This document shows, one piece after another, positions 1-15,646 of a stretch of 64,000 nucleotides of DNA. The DNA is from an uncultured Gemmatimonadales bacterium (lineage in GTDB: Bacteria; Gemmatimonadota; Gemmatimonadetes; Gemmatimonadales; GWC2-71-9). The stretch covers positions 256,001 through 320,000 of the forward strand of contig CAWCFX010000004.1 of assembly GCA_963795085.1 (NCBI GenBank), read 5' to 3'. The translations under genes and the position numbers were made by a program. Under the pieces are notes generated by a model. It did not search any database and was not told where the DNA came from. It saw nothing but the letters and a program-made list of their open reading frames with translations. Numbering within the stretch: the first letter of the stretch is position 1; each line of letters opens with the position of its first letter.

Positions 1-1518
1 CACGATTTCTTCCAGCGCCTGCCGCATCTCCTCCTCCTGCCGGACGATCCCCACCTGGTCCTGCATGGTGTTCTGCAGGTCGCTCTGAATCCGGTAAGGG
101 CTTTCCGCGCCGGCCTGGCCGGCGCGCTCGAAAGGGGCGAGCGCCGTCCGGGCTGCTGCCTCGAGGGCGCCGGTGTCGATGGTGCCCTGGGGATTGGCCC
201 GCGCATAGGCGGCGGCCTCCTCGCCGGCGCGCTTGCCGAACACCAGCAGGTCGCTCAGCGAGTTGCCACCCAGCCGGTTGGCGCCGTGGAGGCCCGCCGC
301 GCATTCCCCGGCGGCGAAGAGGCCGGGCACGGTGGACATCTGGGTGTCGCCGTCCACCCGGATCCCGCCCATGATGTAGTGGGTGGTCGGCCCCACTTCC
401 ATCGGGGTGGTGGTGATGTCGATGTCGGCCAGTTGCTTGAACTGGTGGTACATGCTGGGAAGTTTCTTGCGGATGAGGTCCGCCGCATCGGGCAGCCGGG
501 CCTTGATCCAGGCGATGTCGAGAAAGACGCCGCCGTGGGGACTGCCCCGGCCGGCCTTCACCTCGCGCATGATGCAGCGGGCGACGTGATCCCGGGTGAG
601 CAACTCGGGCGGCCGGCGCGCGTTCTTGTCGCCCTGGGTATAGCGCCAGCCTTCTTCCTCGTTGTCGGCGGTCTGGTTGCGGTAGTTGTCCGGGATGTCA
701 TCGAACATGAACCGGCGGCCCTGGTTGTTGAGCAGGATGCCGCCCTCGCCCCGGACACCCTCGGTGACCAGGATGCCCCGGACGCTGGGAGGCCAGACCA
801 TGCCGGTGGGGTGGAACTGGACGAATTCCATGTCCTGGAGGGCGGCACCCGCGTGGTACGCAAGGGCATGACCGTCGCCGGTGTATTCCCAGCTGTTGCT
901 GGTGACCCGGAATGCCCGGCCCACGCCGCCGGTGGCGAGCACGATGGCCCGGGCCCGGAACAGCCGGAACCGGCCCCGCTCCCGGTCATATCCAAAGGCG
1001 CCGGCAACGCGGTCTCCGTCCTTGAGCAGCGCGATAACGGTGACCTCCATGTGTACGTCGATCCCCTGGTGGATCCCGTGGTCCTGCAAGGTGCGGATCA
1101 TTTCCAGCCCGGTGCGGTCACCGACGTGCGCCAGCCGGGGATACTTATGGCCGCCGAAGTTCCGCTGCAGGATCCTCCCGTCGGGGGTGCGGTCGAAGAG
1201 AGCTCCCCAGGCTTCCAGTTCGCGTACCCGGTCCGGGGCTTCTTTGGCGTGTAGTTCGGCCATGCGCCAGTTGTTGACGTACTGGCCGCCCCGCATGGTA
1301 TCGGCGAAGTGAACTTTCCAGTTGTCCCGGTCGTCGACATTGGCGAGGGCTGCCGCCACACCCCCTTCGGCCATGACGGTATGGGCCTTGCCCAGCAGCG
1401 ACTTGCAGACCAGGCCGACCGAGCCCCCGGCTGCCGCCGCGCCGATGGCCGCCCGGAGCCCGGCCCCTCCGGCGCCGATGACCAGCACGTCGTGGTCCAC
1501 CGTCTGGTACTCGGCCAT
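1..1518 (-). CDS. sdhA: Succinate dehydrogenase/fumarate reductase flavoprotein subunit (partial; runs off the left edge)
   Basis: Not in the ORF track. Manual translation from ATG at 1518 gives MAEYQTVDHDVLVIGAGGAGLRAA...KSLLGKAHTVMAEGG...QRNFGGH, containing the FAD-binding GxGxxG and the covalent-FAD His segment. The start overlaps the upstream stop (TGATG). Confidence 0.93.
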   Translation of the reverse strand, partial: MAEYQTVDHDVLVIGAGGAGLRAAIGAAAAGGSVGLVCKSLLGKAHTVMAEGGVAAALANVDDRDNWKVHFADTMRGGQYVNNWRMAELHAKEAPDRVRELEAWGALFDRTPDGRILQRNFGGHKYPRLAHVGDRTGLEMIRTLQDHGIHQGIDVHMEVTVIALLKDGDRVAGAFGYDRERGRFRLFRARAIVLATGGVGRAFRVTSNSWEYTGDGHALAYHAGAALQDMEFVQFHPTGMVWPPSVRGILVTEGVRGEGGILLNNQGRRFMFDDIPDNYRNQTADNEEEGWRYTQGDKNARRPPELLTRDHVARCIMREVKAGRGSPHGGVFLDIAWIKARLPDAADLIRKKLPSMYHQFKQLADIDITTTPMEVGPTTHYIMGGIRVDGDTQMSTVPGLFAAGECAAGLHGANRLGGNSLSDLLVFGKRAGEEAAAYARANPQGTIDTGALEAAARTALAPFERAGQAGAESPYRIQSDLQNTMQDQVGIVRQEEEMRQALEEIV

Positions 1519-2321
1519 CAGAAGATTCTCCAGTCCGTCCAGATCCCCATGGCGCAAAGGCGTACGTACAGGTCGGCGAAGGCGACGCTGAACAGGCTCA
1601 GCCAGGCAAACATCATGTGGCGGCGATTGAGCCGGCTGACGCACCGGTAGGCGGCGCGGCGAACGGGCCGGCCGGCCAGGCGGTCGTACACTCCGCCGAC
1701 CAGATGGCGAAGGGAATGACAGCCCAGGGTGTAGCTGCCGATCAGCAGCACGTTACCCAGGAGCACCAGGGTCCCGAGGCCGATACCGAACTCCGAAGCA
1801 CCGGTAGCGGGGTTGGTCCACCAGAAGGCCAACCAGACGTCATAGGAAAGCACGGCGATGAACACCAGGGCCAGGTAGAGGAAATAGCGGTGCACGTTCT
1901 GGAGGATGAGCGGGAACTTCGCCTCTCCCCGGTATCGGCTCCGGGGCTCCCCGACGGTGCAGGCGGGAGGATCGGCCCAGAATGCCTTGTAGTATGCGCC
2001 CCGATAGTAGTAACAGGTGAACCGGAACCCCCCTGGCGCCCAGAGGATGAGCAGCGCCGGTGAGAAGGGCAGCCACCCAGGCCACCACCCCGGTGCCGGC
2101 CCGAACCAGGCATGGGGCGTGCTCCCGAACAGCTCCGGCGAATAGAATGGGGAGAGGTAGGGTCCGTGGGTGTAGTGGGCGTTCTGGAAGGCCGCCCAGG
2201 TCGAGTAGACGATGAACCCGCTGAAAACAAGAAAAGTGACCAGCGGCTGCAGCCACCAGAGATCACCCCGACTCGTCTTTCCTGCCGAATTCTGGTAGAG
2301 CGGAAGCTCGGCGTGCGCCAT
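1518..2321 (-). CDS. Succinate dehydrogenase membrane anchor, Sdh1 (Rv0249c)-like
   Basis: About 5 hydrophobic segments and motifs FRFTCYYYRGAYYKAF, NVHRYF, LGCHSLRH, RRHMMFAW. Translationally coupled to sdhA. Confidence 0.8.
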   Translation of the reverse strand: MAHAELPLYQNSAGKTSRGDLWWLQPLVTFLVFSGFIVYSTWAAFQNAHYTHGPYLSPFYSPELFGSTPHAWFGPAPGWWPGWLPFSPALLILWAPGGFRFTCYYYRGAYYKAFWADPPACTVGEPRSRYRGEAKFPLILQNVHRYFLYLALVFIAVLSYDVWLAFWWTNPATGASEFGIGLGTLVLLGNVLLIGSYTLGCHSLRHLVGGVYDRLAGRPVRRAAYRCVSRLNRRHMMFAWLSLFSVAFADLYVRLCAMGIWTDWRIF

Positions 2322-2419
2322 CAACGGCTCCGGGCTGACAGGTACGCAAATGGGGGAGGAGAAACAAGAGCGGCAAGCGAGACCGGTGAACGGTACTCAG
2401 AGACGGGGATTCTTGCAAT

Positions 2420-2434
2420 CGAAAATGATTTGCA
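2420..2434. promoter_or_regulatory. Possible Fur-like operator in the divergent sdh / sensor-kinase intergenic region
   Basis: CGAAAATGATTTGCA matches 10 of 14 positions of the 7-1-7 Fur core TGATAATnATTATCA. It forms an AT-rich island in GC-rich DNA. Confidence 0.25.
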
Positions 2435-2475
2435 TGAACTTGAACCATGACCCTACCCGCCCGGCAAGGCATTTC

Positions 2476-6158
<3,683 letters not shown>

Positions 6159-6162
<4 letters not shown>

Positions 6163-6824
6163 AACTCCAGTTCGCTTTCCCGGCGGGCATCGGGCTCAAG
6201 CTTCATTCCGCGCCGAGCCCGCTTCTGCTGGGTCAACTTGGAGGCGGACTTGAGCATCGCCATGGGGCCGGGAGGCCCCTCCAGCCGGGTGAGCGAGGCG
6301 ATGACCTGGGCGCCGAAGCCGGCGGATGTGGCTTCCCTCGACAGGCCTTCCGGCGTCAGGATGAGGCATTCCTGGATGCGACCCGCCCGCTGGTCGCCGG
6401 TTGGATGGTCATCGTCATAGCGGAATCCCCCCATTTTCAGGAAGAACTCGATGGCGACCGCGGCGGCGCCCGGCTTGACGCGGGCCAGCACATGCGCGGC
6501 GTAGCAGTCGGCCTCCAGTTCATACTGCTGCATGAGATCGGCCCGGCCGCTTACCCGGGCGGGCACCCGCCGGTGACCGTACCGGATGTGGCCATACTCA
6601 TGGGCCAGGACAAAGGCGCTCAGGTTGGGTCCAAACCGGGCCATGAGCCGCGGGTTGTAGTAGATGACGGGATCCAGGGGGTCAGCCACGGCCACGGCCA
6701 CGTCCTGCAGGCTCGAATCGGCGACCTCTCGCACACTGACGGCGGGCCGATGGGCCTGGCCCGCGACGGACCCGACTCCCAGCACCATCATGACGAAAAG
6801 CACCTGCGGAAATCGCTGGGTCAC
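6159..6824 (-). CDS. Secreted zinc metallopeptidase (M48-like)
   Basis: Signal-like N-terminus, LAHEYGH zinc motif, ELEADCYA and HP..DQR, as in the M48 family. Confidence 0.7.
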
Positions 6825-6938
6825 GGCCGCTACACTCCGCCTCCGCCTGGTTTGGACGGGCAGGCCGGGAAGGTCTGCCTGGAGGTTTGTCAGGGTCTAT
6901 GGCGGCAGTAGGGGGGACCGCCTTCCTGGAGTGAATTG

Positions 6939-6953
6939 GCAAACTTTGTGCCG
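6939..6953 (-). promoter_or_regulatory. Sigma54-like promoter upstream of the M48-like peptidase
   Basis: Minus strand reads CGGCAC-AAAGT-TTGC, with exact GG-N10-GC spacing, about 115 nt upstream of the start. Confidence 0.45.
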
Positions 6954-7104
6954 AGCTGCCTCCCGCATACCCGAGGTGCAAATGACTGTGCCGCCTTGAT
7001 CTATAAGGTGGTGATCTACCACAAACTGGACTCCGGTGTCGAAATTCGAGTCGGCGGGATGGGAGTGGGGTACCCTGGAGGGGCGGAACTCGCGACAGGT
7101 CCTT

Positions 7105-8073
7105 TCAGTCTGCGGCGGCACCGAAACGGCGAACGATTTCGCCGGCCGGCTCAATCCGGTCGATGCCGGCCACGCTCTTCCCCGCCTGCCAGTAGTCATT
7201 TTCGCCGGAGGCGTCGAGAGAGGATCGCTTGAGCTGCCAGAGGGAGCGGAGAGCGTAGAGGGACCGCATGAGGTGCTTGGTGCGCCGGCGGCGCAACATC
7301 CAGCGGGCGAGTGCACCAGCCTTGAGGCCGACGCGTTCAATGTAGGGGGTCCGGATTACCGCGACGGGAACCCCGGTGATCCGTTCGCTGTGGACGATGT
7401 CCTCGGCGCGGGCGGCCAGGATGGCGCGCTTGTAGGGTTCGCTGGCCCGGCACTCAGGCGTGGCGATGAACCGGGTCCCCAATTGCGCCCCGGCGTACCC
7501 CATGCGTAGGGCACGGACATAATCCGCCTCGGTTCCGATGCCCCCGGCGCAAACGACCGGCAGCCCGAGGTCCCCGATCTCGGCCAGCAGGCGCTCCGGA
7601 TCGTGGGGCCCCGCGTGGCCGCCGGCCAGGCTGTTCACGCCGATCAGCCCGTGCACTCCCGCCCCCGCCCCTTTCGCAGCCCATTTTCTCTCCGTCACAT
7701 CGTGATAGACGATCCCTCCGACGCCGGTAACGCGGTCCACCACCCATCGAGGGTTGCCGAGCGACGTGACGAAAAACCGAATGCCTTCTTCCAGCGCGGT
7801 CTCGATCCATTGCTCCATCCGCCGCCGGTAGGTCCGGGACGACTGCTCGATCAGCGCGTTCATGCCCACCGGCTTGGCGGTCAGCCGCCGGATCAGGCGC
7901 AATCCTTCGCGAAAGTCATGGCCATGCACGTAGGTGAGGGAGATGGGCTGCACGACCCCGAGACCACCCGCCTCTGACACCGCGGCGACCAGTTCGGGAT
8001 TGGAGCAGGGATACATGGCGCCGCAGATGAGGGGGATCTCGATGCCGGCGTGACCGGTCAGGGCGGTGTTCAT
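7105..8073 (-). CDS. Nitronate monooxygenase (2-nitropropane dioxygenase) family flavoprotein
   Basis: PELVAAVSEAGGLG, AGGH, PVVCAGGI and QLGTRFIAT motifs. Confidence 0.88.
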   Translation of the reverse strand: MNTALTGHAGIEIPLICGAMYPCSNPELVAAVSEAGGLGVVQPISLTYVHGHDFREGLRLIRRLTAKPVGMNALIEQSSRTYRRRMEQWIETALEEGIRFFVTSLGNPRWVVDRVTGVGGIVYHDVTERKWAAKGAGAGVHGLIGVNSLAGGHAGPHDPERLLAEIGDLGLPVVCAGGIGTEADYVRALRMGYAGAQLGTRFIATPECRASEPYKRAILAARAEDIVHSERITGVPVAVIRTPYIERVGLKAGALARWMLRRRRTKHLMRSLYALRSLWQLKRSSLDASGENDYWQAGKSVAGIDRIEPAGEIVRRFGAAAD

Positions 8074-8579
8074 GCCGGGGCGAGCCGCCAGGTGACCCGG
8101 ATCCGGGCGACGGTTTCGCCCGATTCGTCCCGGACGTCGGCGCTGACCACCTGGTCCATCGGCTCAAGCAACGTCGGGGGGACCTGGCAGGCGCATTCTG
8201 CGACAAGGCGGCCGCGCGCCTTCCGGAGGAAATCGGCCTCCAGCCCGATCACGATACTGCGGACGCCGGGCGGCAGGCTGGCGATCATCGCCAGCCCGCT
8301 GGTCACCTCGCCCAGGTTGACCAGGGCGATGGCGTGAATCGACCGAAGGTGATTGCGGAGACCCCGACGGTCGCGCAGCGAGACCCGGGCAAAACCGGGA
8401 CGCAGCTCCTCGACCAGGGGCGAGATGCTTCCGGTGTAGGGCACCAACCACGCCAGCATGCGGCTGAACAGCCAGCGCCCGAAGGGGAATCGCTCCAGAC
8501 GCCGCCACCGGGAGAGGACGCCGTGCCCCGGCAGGGCGCCGGGCGCGACCGGCGCGCCGGTGGCGGCGGACTTCAGCAA
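8070..8579 (-). CDS. Hotdog-fold thioesterase-like protein (DUF4442/PaaI-like)
   Basis: PYTGSI, NHLRSIHAIAL and FLRKARG. Overlaps both neighbours. Confidence 0.75.
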   Translation of the reverse strand: MLKSAATGAPVAPGALPGHGVLSRWRRLERFPFGRWLFSRMLAWLVPYTGSISPLVEELRPGFARVSLRDRRGLRNHLRSIHAIALVNLGEVTSGLAMIASLPPGVRSIVIGLEADFLRKARGRLVAECACQVPPTLLEPMDQVVSADVRDESGETVARIRVTWRLAPA

Positions 8580-8965
8580 CTGCCGCCGATAGCTCCGGTG
8601 ATCCGGGCTGAAATCTCGCAGGATTCGATGCTTTCCCCCCGGGCGTTCCGGGCGGTCACCACGAAGTAGTACGTCGTGCCCGGGTCGAGACCGGCCGGGT
8701 GATCGAAGCTCAACTGCAGGCCGGGGTGGAACATGTTGCCGGGGAGCGCCGTGTGGTTGATGCGGGTGACGCCGCTTTGCGATGCCATGTAAATGCTGTA
8801 GCTGGCGGCACCGGCCGAGGCGGTCCAGGAAAGTGTCACATTACCGGCCACCACCTGGGCGGCCAGGCTGGTGACGGCACCCGGAGCGGAATTGGGCCCG
8901 GTGCCGCCGCTATCGCCTCCGCAGGCGGCCAGGGCCAGTGCGAGGATGGCCATTCCTCGGGTCAT
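8573..8965 (-). CDS. Small lipoprotein with a fibronectin type III domain
   Basis: Lipobox LAAC after ATG 8965; FN3 hallmarks VTLSWTA, YSIY and GTTYYFVVTARN.GES. Confidence 0.75.
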   Translation of the reverse strand: MTRGMAILALALAACGGDSGGTGPNSAPGAVTSLAAQVVAGNVTLSWTASAGAASYSIYMASQSGVTRINHTALPGNMFHPGLQLSFDHPAGLDPGTTYYFVVTARNARGESIESCEISARITGAIGGSC

Positions 8966-9070
8966 CGTGGGTACCTGATGAAAGGGGAACCGGGAAAATG
9001 CGGTTTTTCCCCAGGCTCGGCAAGCGCCCATGCATTGACCCGGCCTTTCCGGTGGTCTAGCATACAGCAG

Positions 9071-11861
<2,791 letters not shown>

Positions 11862-11865
<4 letters not shown>

Positions 11866-12977
11866 GCCGGCAATGCCCCGAGCTCGCGCATCAGGCGGCG
11901 GTCCATTCGGTCCTTGATGCCGAGGAGCCATCCACCCTCCAGGCTGAAGGCCCCGCGATGGAGCAGGGCCTGTCCGTGGCCGGTTTCAGTCCAGGTGGCG
12001 CGCTCCCGGAGACGGTACCTGTGCCGAGGCGACCGCCCCCCCAGCACGGCGAGCAGGTTGTCGGCAATGACCCGCGCGCTTTCGTGCGGATCCAGCCGGA
12101 TGGTTGCCGGATTTCCATCGTTGATCGTCACCGTTCCGGCCATAAAGAGTCCCGGTGCGTCCACCGCCTGGAGATGGCGGTCTACCAGCGGGATTCCATC
12201 CGCGCCGTGCCGAAGAGTGCCGCCATCGGCGTAGACCGGCGCTTCGTCGGCCGCCCAGACCAGGATGTCAAACGAAATGGTGGCGCCGTTCGAGAGCTGG
12301 AGTCCGCGGGCGCCGACCTCGGTGATCTCGGCGCCGAGGATGGCGGTGATGCCCTGGCGGCCGAGCGCCGTCTTCGCCAGCCGGGAGGACAGCCCCGGTC
12401 CGGTCCACGGCGCCGTTGCCGGTGAGATGATCGTCGTGACCGTTCGGGCCGGGGCCAGCCGGTCCATGACCGAATCCAGGGTCAACGCGATCTCCAGCGA
12501 TTCCGGCTGCCCCCCGACGATGGCGAGCCGCAGGATCCCTGCCTGCGCCTGGGCCAATCTTTCCAACGCCGGGACCAGGGCCATGGCGCCGGCAAGGGAA
12601 GGCACGAAGGTGGCGTGGCGGGAGGCGCCGGGAACGCGCGAGGCGTCCGGGAGCGGGCCCCGGGCGATCGACGCCGCATTATAAAGAACGACCTCGCCGC
12701 TGCTGGTCTTCACGGTTCGGGTCGTGGGGTTGATCGAAGTTATCCCGCTGTGTATGATCCGCACGCCAGCCGACCGGGCGAGATTTTCCAGGTTGATCCC
12801 TGCCTCGCTGGGCCGGTACCTTCCGGCCAGGAGGCCAGGCAGGGAACCCGGACTCATTTCAGTCTCAACCGACGAAATCAGAATGGCTTCGCGGGCAGGC
12901 TCCCGCCGCCGCGCCAGGCTCTTCATGAGCAGGAGGTGGGCGGGACCGGAACCGAGGAGGACAAGCCTGGGCAGCAT
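11862..12977 (-). CDS. FAD-dependent pyridine nucleotide-disulfide oxidoreductase family protein (resembles the NDH-like domain fused to SelD in some bacteria)
   Basis: LVLLGSGPAHL, LPGLLAGRY, IVGG and VDRHLQ...GLFMAG. Several cofactor motifs are degenerate. Confidence 0.65.
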
Positions 12978-13050
12978 CGCAGCAATTTAAGAATACCGGC
13001 CATATTTCGCCGCCAGCCCCCCTTGGCGGCCCTCTTCCCGGTGAGCCTGG

Positions 13051-14946
13051 ATGGACACTTCAAACCTGCCGGCTCTCCTCTCATTCACGGGGACCCTGGT
13101 TCAGTGCGCGGTCGCCTTCCTCACCGTGCTGTTCTTTCTCCTCCTCAGCCGTTATGCCGCCCGGCGCTCCTACTTTGCGGCCTGGACCTGGGGCTGGACC
13201 TTGCTGCTGCTGGCGATTCTCTCGGTGCTGGTCCGGTACCACGTTTTCCCCAGCCTCGGTGTCGCAAACCTCGAGGACATCCCGACACCGGCGACCCAAT
13301 CCCTCTATTTCATCTACCAGTACGGGAAGCTCATGTTCGGGGCGCTCCTGCTTTACGGGGTACTCCTGTACCGGGGGGATGCTCATGCGCGCGTGGTGCT
13401 GCGGGTCTCCCTGCCCATCCTGGGTCTGGTGGCGCTCGTCACGGTAGCCCTTTCCGGCGACCTCAACGAAGTGGTAGCCTGGCAGGCGGGCATCCTGACA
13501 CCGGTGTTCATCGCCTGCTCGGCCCTGCTGTTGGGCCTGCCTCTCGACCGGCAGACGCTCGGTTCCCGGATCGTGGGCGGCGTCTTTGCCGTTCTCAGCG
13601 CCCTGTGGTTCCTGTACTTCCTGGTGTTCACCCGGCTCGGCATCATGGCCGAGCGCACCCCGAATCCCTACGCACTGTTTACCATCAACAATTCCTTTCT
13701 GGATGCGCTGGTCGCCATGCTGCTGTCCATGGGCATGGTCGTCATGCTGATGGAGGACTCGCAGCGGGAGATGGAACAGTTGCAGTTGGAGCGTCAGGCC
13801 CGGGAAGCCAACGCGCGCCGAATGGAGACCGTCGGTCAGCTGGTGTCCGGGATCGCCCACGAGCTCAACAACCCGCTCGCCACGGTGCTCAGTTTCAGCG
13901 AGATCCTGCTACAGGAGCCGCGGACGGACCAGGACCGGCTGGCGCTGGGCGCCATCCGGGATCAGGGCCGCCGTTGCCGGACCCTGGTGCGGAACCTCCT
14001 GACATTCGTGCGGGAGGGGGCAATTCATCGGGAGCCGGTGGTCCTGCAGGAGGTGGTCGAGCGGGTCCGCAAGGCATTCGAGCCGGAACTGGCGCAGTTC
14101 GGCATCAGTTGCAAGGTGTCCCTCGCGCCCACCCTCCCGCTGGTGGAGGCCGACAGCGAAGGGCTGGAGCAGATGTTTACCAACCTGATGTCGAACTCAG
14201 TGCACGCGATCAAGCGATTCGGTGAAATTCGCGTCGCGGCCTCGGCTGCCGACGGCTGGGTGACGGTGATCGTGGAGGACAACGGCCCCGGCATTCCCGA
14301 GGAGATCCTGCCCCGGATCTTCGAACCGTTCTTCAGTGGCAGCCAGGTAGGCCGGGCCGGCATGGGCCTGAGCGTATCGCAGGGCATCGTGACCCGGCAC
14401 GGCGGTACTATCGTGGCCTCCAACCGCCTGGCGCCCGAGACGGGAGTACGGCTGACGCTCACCCTTCCCGCTCATGCACGCTCACTTTTGACGCCTGTGC
14501 CGGCGCGGCCCGCCCAGGTTCCCACGGCGGCCGCCGCTTCGGCCCGGAGTCGCCGGGTGCTGCTCATTGAGGACGAGAAATCGATCCGGGCGGCGCTTCG
14601 CCGGTTCTTCGAGAAAAAGGGCTGGAAGGTGGACGAGGTCGAAGGGGCGCTGGCCGGACACGACGTGCTGACGACTTCCGATCCTGACCGCTACGACCTG
14701 GTCCTGTCCGACCTGCGGATGCCGGACATGAGCGGCATCACCCTGCACGACCGGCTCCGGGGGGAGCGGCCGGAGCTGCTCGACAGGTTCATCTTCATCA
14801 CCGGCGACGTGGCCTCTCCTGAGGCGGCGGCGTTCGTGGCCAGCACCAGCCGCCCCGTCCTGGAGAAGCCGTTCGAGTTGAGCGCCCTGGCTGACGCGAT
14901 CGCGAAGGTCTTCCCCGAAGAGACGCCCGGGGCCGCGGCGCCCTAG
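13051..14946 (+). CDS. Membrane-bound hybrid sensor histidine kinase
   Basis: About 7 TM segments, H-box AHELNNPL, EDNGPGI, IFEPFF and C-terminal receiver VLSDLRMP. Confidence 0.9.
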   Translation: MDTSNLPALLSFTGTLVQCAVAFLTVLFFLLLSRYAARRSYFAAWTWGWTLLLLAILSVLVRYHVFPSLGVANLEDIPTPATQSLYFIYQYGKLMFGALLLYGVLLYRGDAHARVVLRVSLPILGLVALVTVALSGDLNEVVAWQAGILTPVFIACSALLLGLPLDRQTLGSRIVGGVFAVLSALWFLYFLVFTRLGIMAERTPNPYALFTINNSFLDALVAMLLSMGMVVMLMEDSQREMEQLQLERQAREANARRMETVGQLVSGIAHELNNPLATVLSFSEILLQEPRTDQDRLALGAIRDQGRRCRTLVRNLLTFVREGAIHREPVVLQEVVERVRKAFEPELAQFGISCKVSLAPTLPLVEADSEGLEQMFTNLMSNSVHAIKRFGEIRVAASAADGWVTVIVEDNGPGIPEEILPRIFEPFFSGSQVGRAGMGLSVSQGIVTRHGGTIVASNRLAPETGVRLTLTLPAHARSLLTPVPARPAQVPTAAAASARSRRVLLIEDEKSIRAALRRFFEKKGWKVDEVEGALAGHDVLTTSDPDRYDLVLSDLRMPDMSGITLHDRLRGERPELLDRFIFITGDVASPEAAAFVASTSRPVLEKPFELSALADAIAKVFPEETPGAAAP

Positions 14947-15036
14947 GCAGACCCGCCGCCTTGCCAGTTTGACAATCCCCCCATGCCAATCCGGGAAATG
15001 CGCGGGCCATTCTGACCGACGGACGCCGCCCCCGGG

Positions 15037-15052
15037 TGGCACATCGCCTGCA
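15037..15052 (+). promoter_or_regulatory. Sigma54-like promoter upstream of hsp20
   Basis: TGGCAC-ATCGC-CTGCA, one mismatch to TGGCAC-N5-TTGCA, 66 nt before the start. Confidence 0.6.
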
Positions 15053-15117
15053 TTCCCGGGGGCAGCCGCGATGGGCGGCATGTCCACGACCACGTTATGG
15101 AAATACAGGAGGATCGC

Positions 15118-15576
15118 ATGCGTATCACTGCCCTTTCCCGTCGCCCCCTGGATGGTGGCGAAATGGCCCAGCGGATGTTCAACCGGCTGTTTGACCAGTC
15201 GCTCAACGGGTGGCCCTACGGCGAGGATGCCACGCTGAATTCATCGTGGGCCCCGGCCTGCGACATCTTCGAGGACAAGGACGGCATCAAGATCGTCGCC
15301 GAGATCCCGGGGGTGAACCCGGAAGACGTCAAGCTTTCCATGGAAAACAACACTCTGACGATCCGGGGCGAGAAGAAGCAGGTGGCGGAAGAGAAGAGCG
15401 AGCGGGTTCACCGGTATGAGCGGAGCTACGGTATGTTCGAGCGCTCGTTCGCGCTGCCGGGCACCGTGGACCCGGAACGGGTGGAAGCGGACTACCAGCA
15501 TGGCCTCCTGACGGTCACGCTTCCCAAGGTCGAGCGGGCCAAGCCCCGCGAGATCCAGGTCCGGCTCGGTCAATAA
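15118..15576 (+). CDS. Hsp20/alpha-crystallin small heat shock protein
   Basis: WAPACDIFE, EIPGV, ERSYGMFERSFALP and GLLTVTLPK. RBS AGGAGG precedes ATG 15118. Confidence 0.95.
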   Translation: MRITALSRRPLDGGEMAQRMFNRLFDQSLNGWPYGEDATLNSSWAPACDIFEDKDGIKIVAEIPGVNPEDVKLSMENNTLTIRGEKKQVAEEKSERVHRYERSYGMFERSFALPGTVDPERVEADYQHGLLTVTLPKVERAKPREIQVRLGQ

Positions 15577-15594
15577 CCGGGTCTGGGGACTGCG

Positions 15595-15629
15595 GGATCC
15601 CCGGAGTCACTTCCGGGGATCCTTTTTTT
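15595..15629 (+). terminator. Intrinsic terminator after hsp20
   Basis: 11-bp stem GGATCCCCGGA/TCCGGGGATCC followed by T7. Confidence 0.9.
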
Positions 15630-15646
15630 GGTGGAGTCATGCCGGC

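Noticed and set aside
286..1254. 322-aa plus-strand ORF
   Set aside because: Antisense shadow of sdhA, which the ORF track misses because it has no stop in the window.
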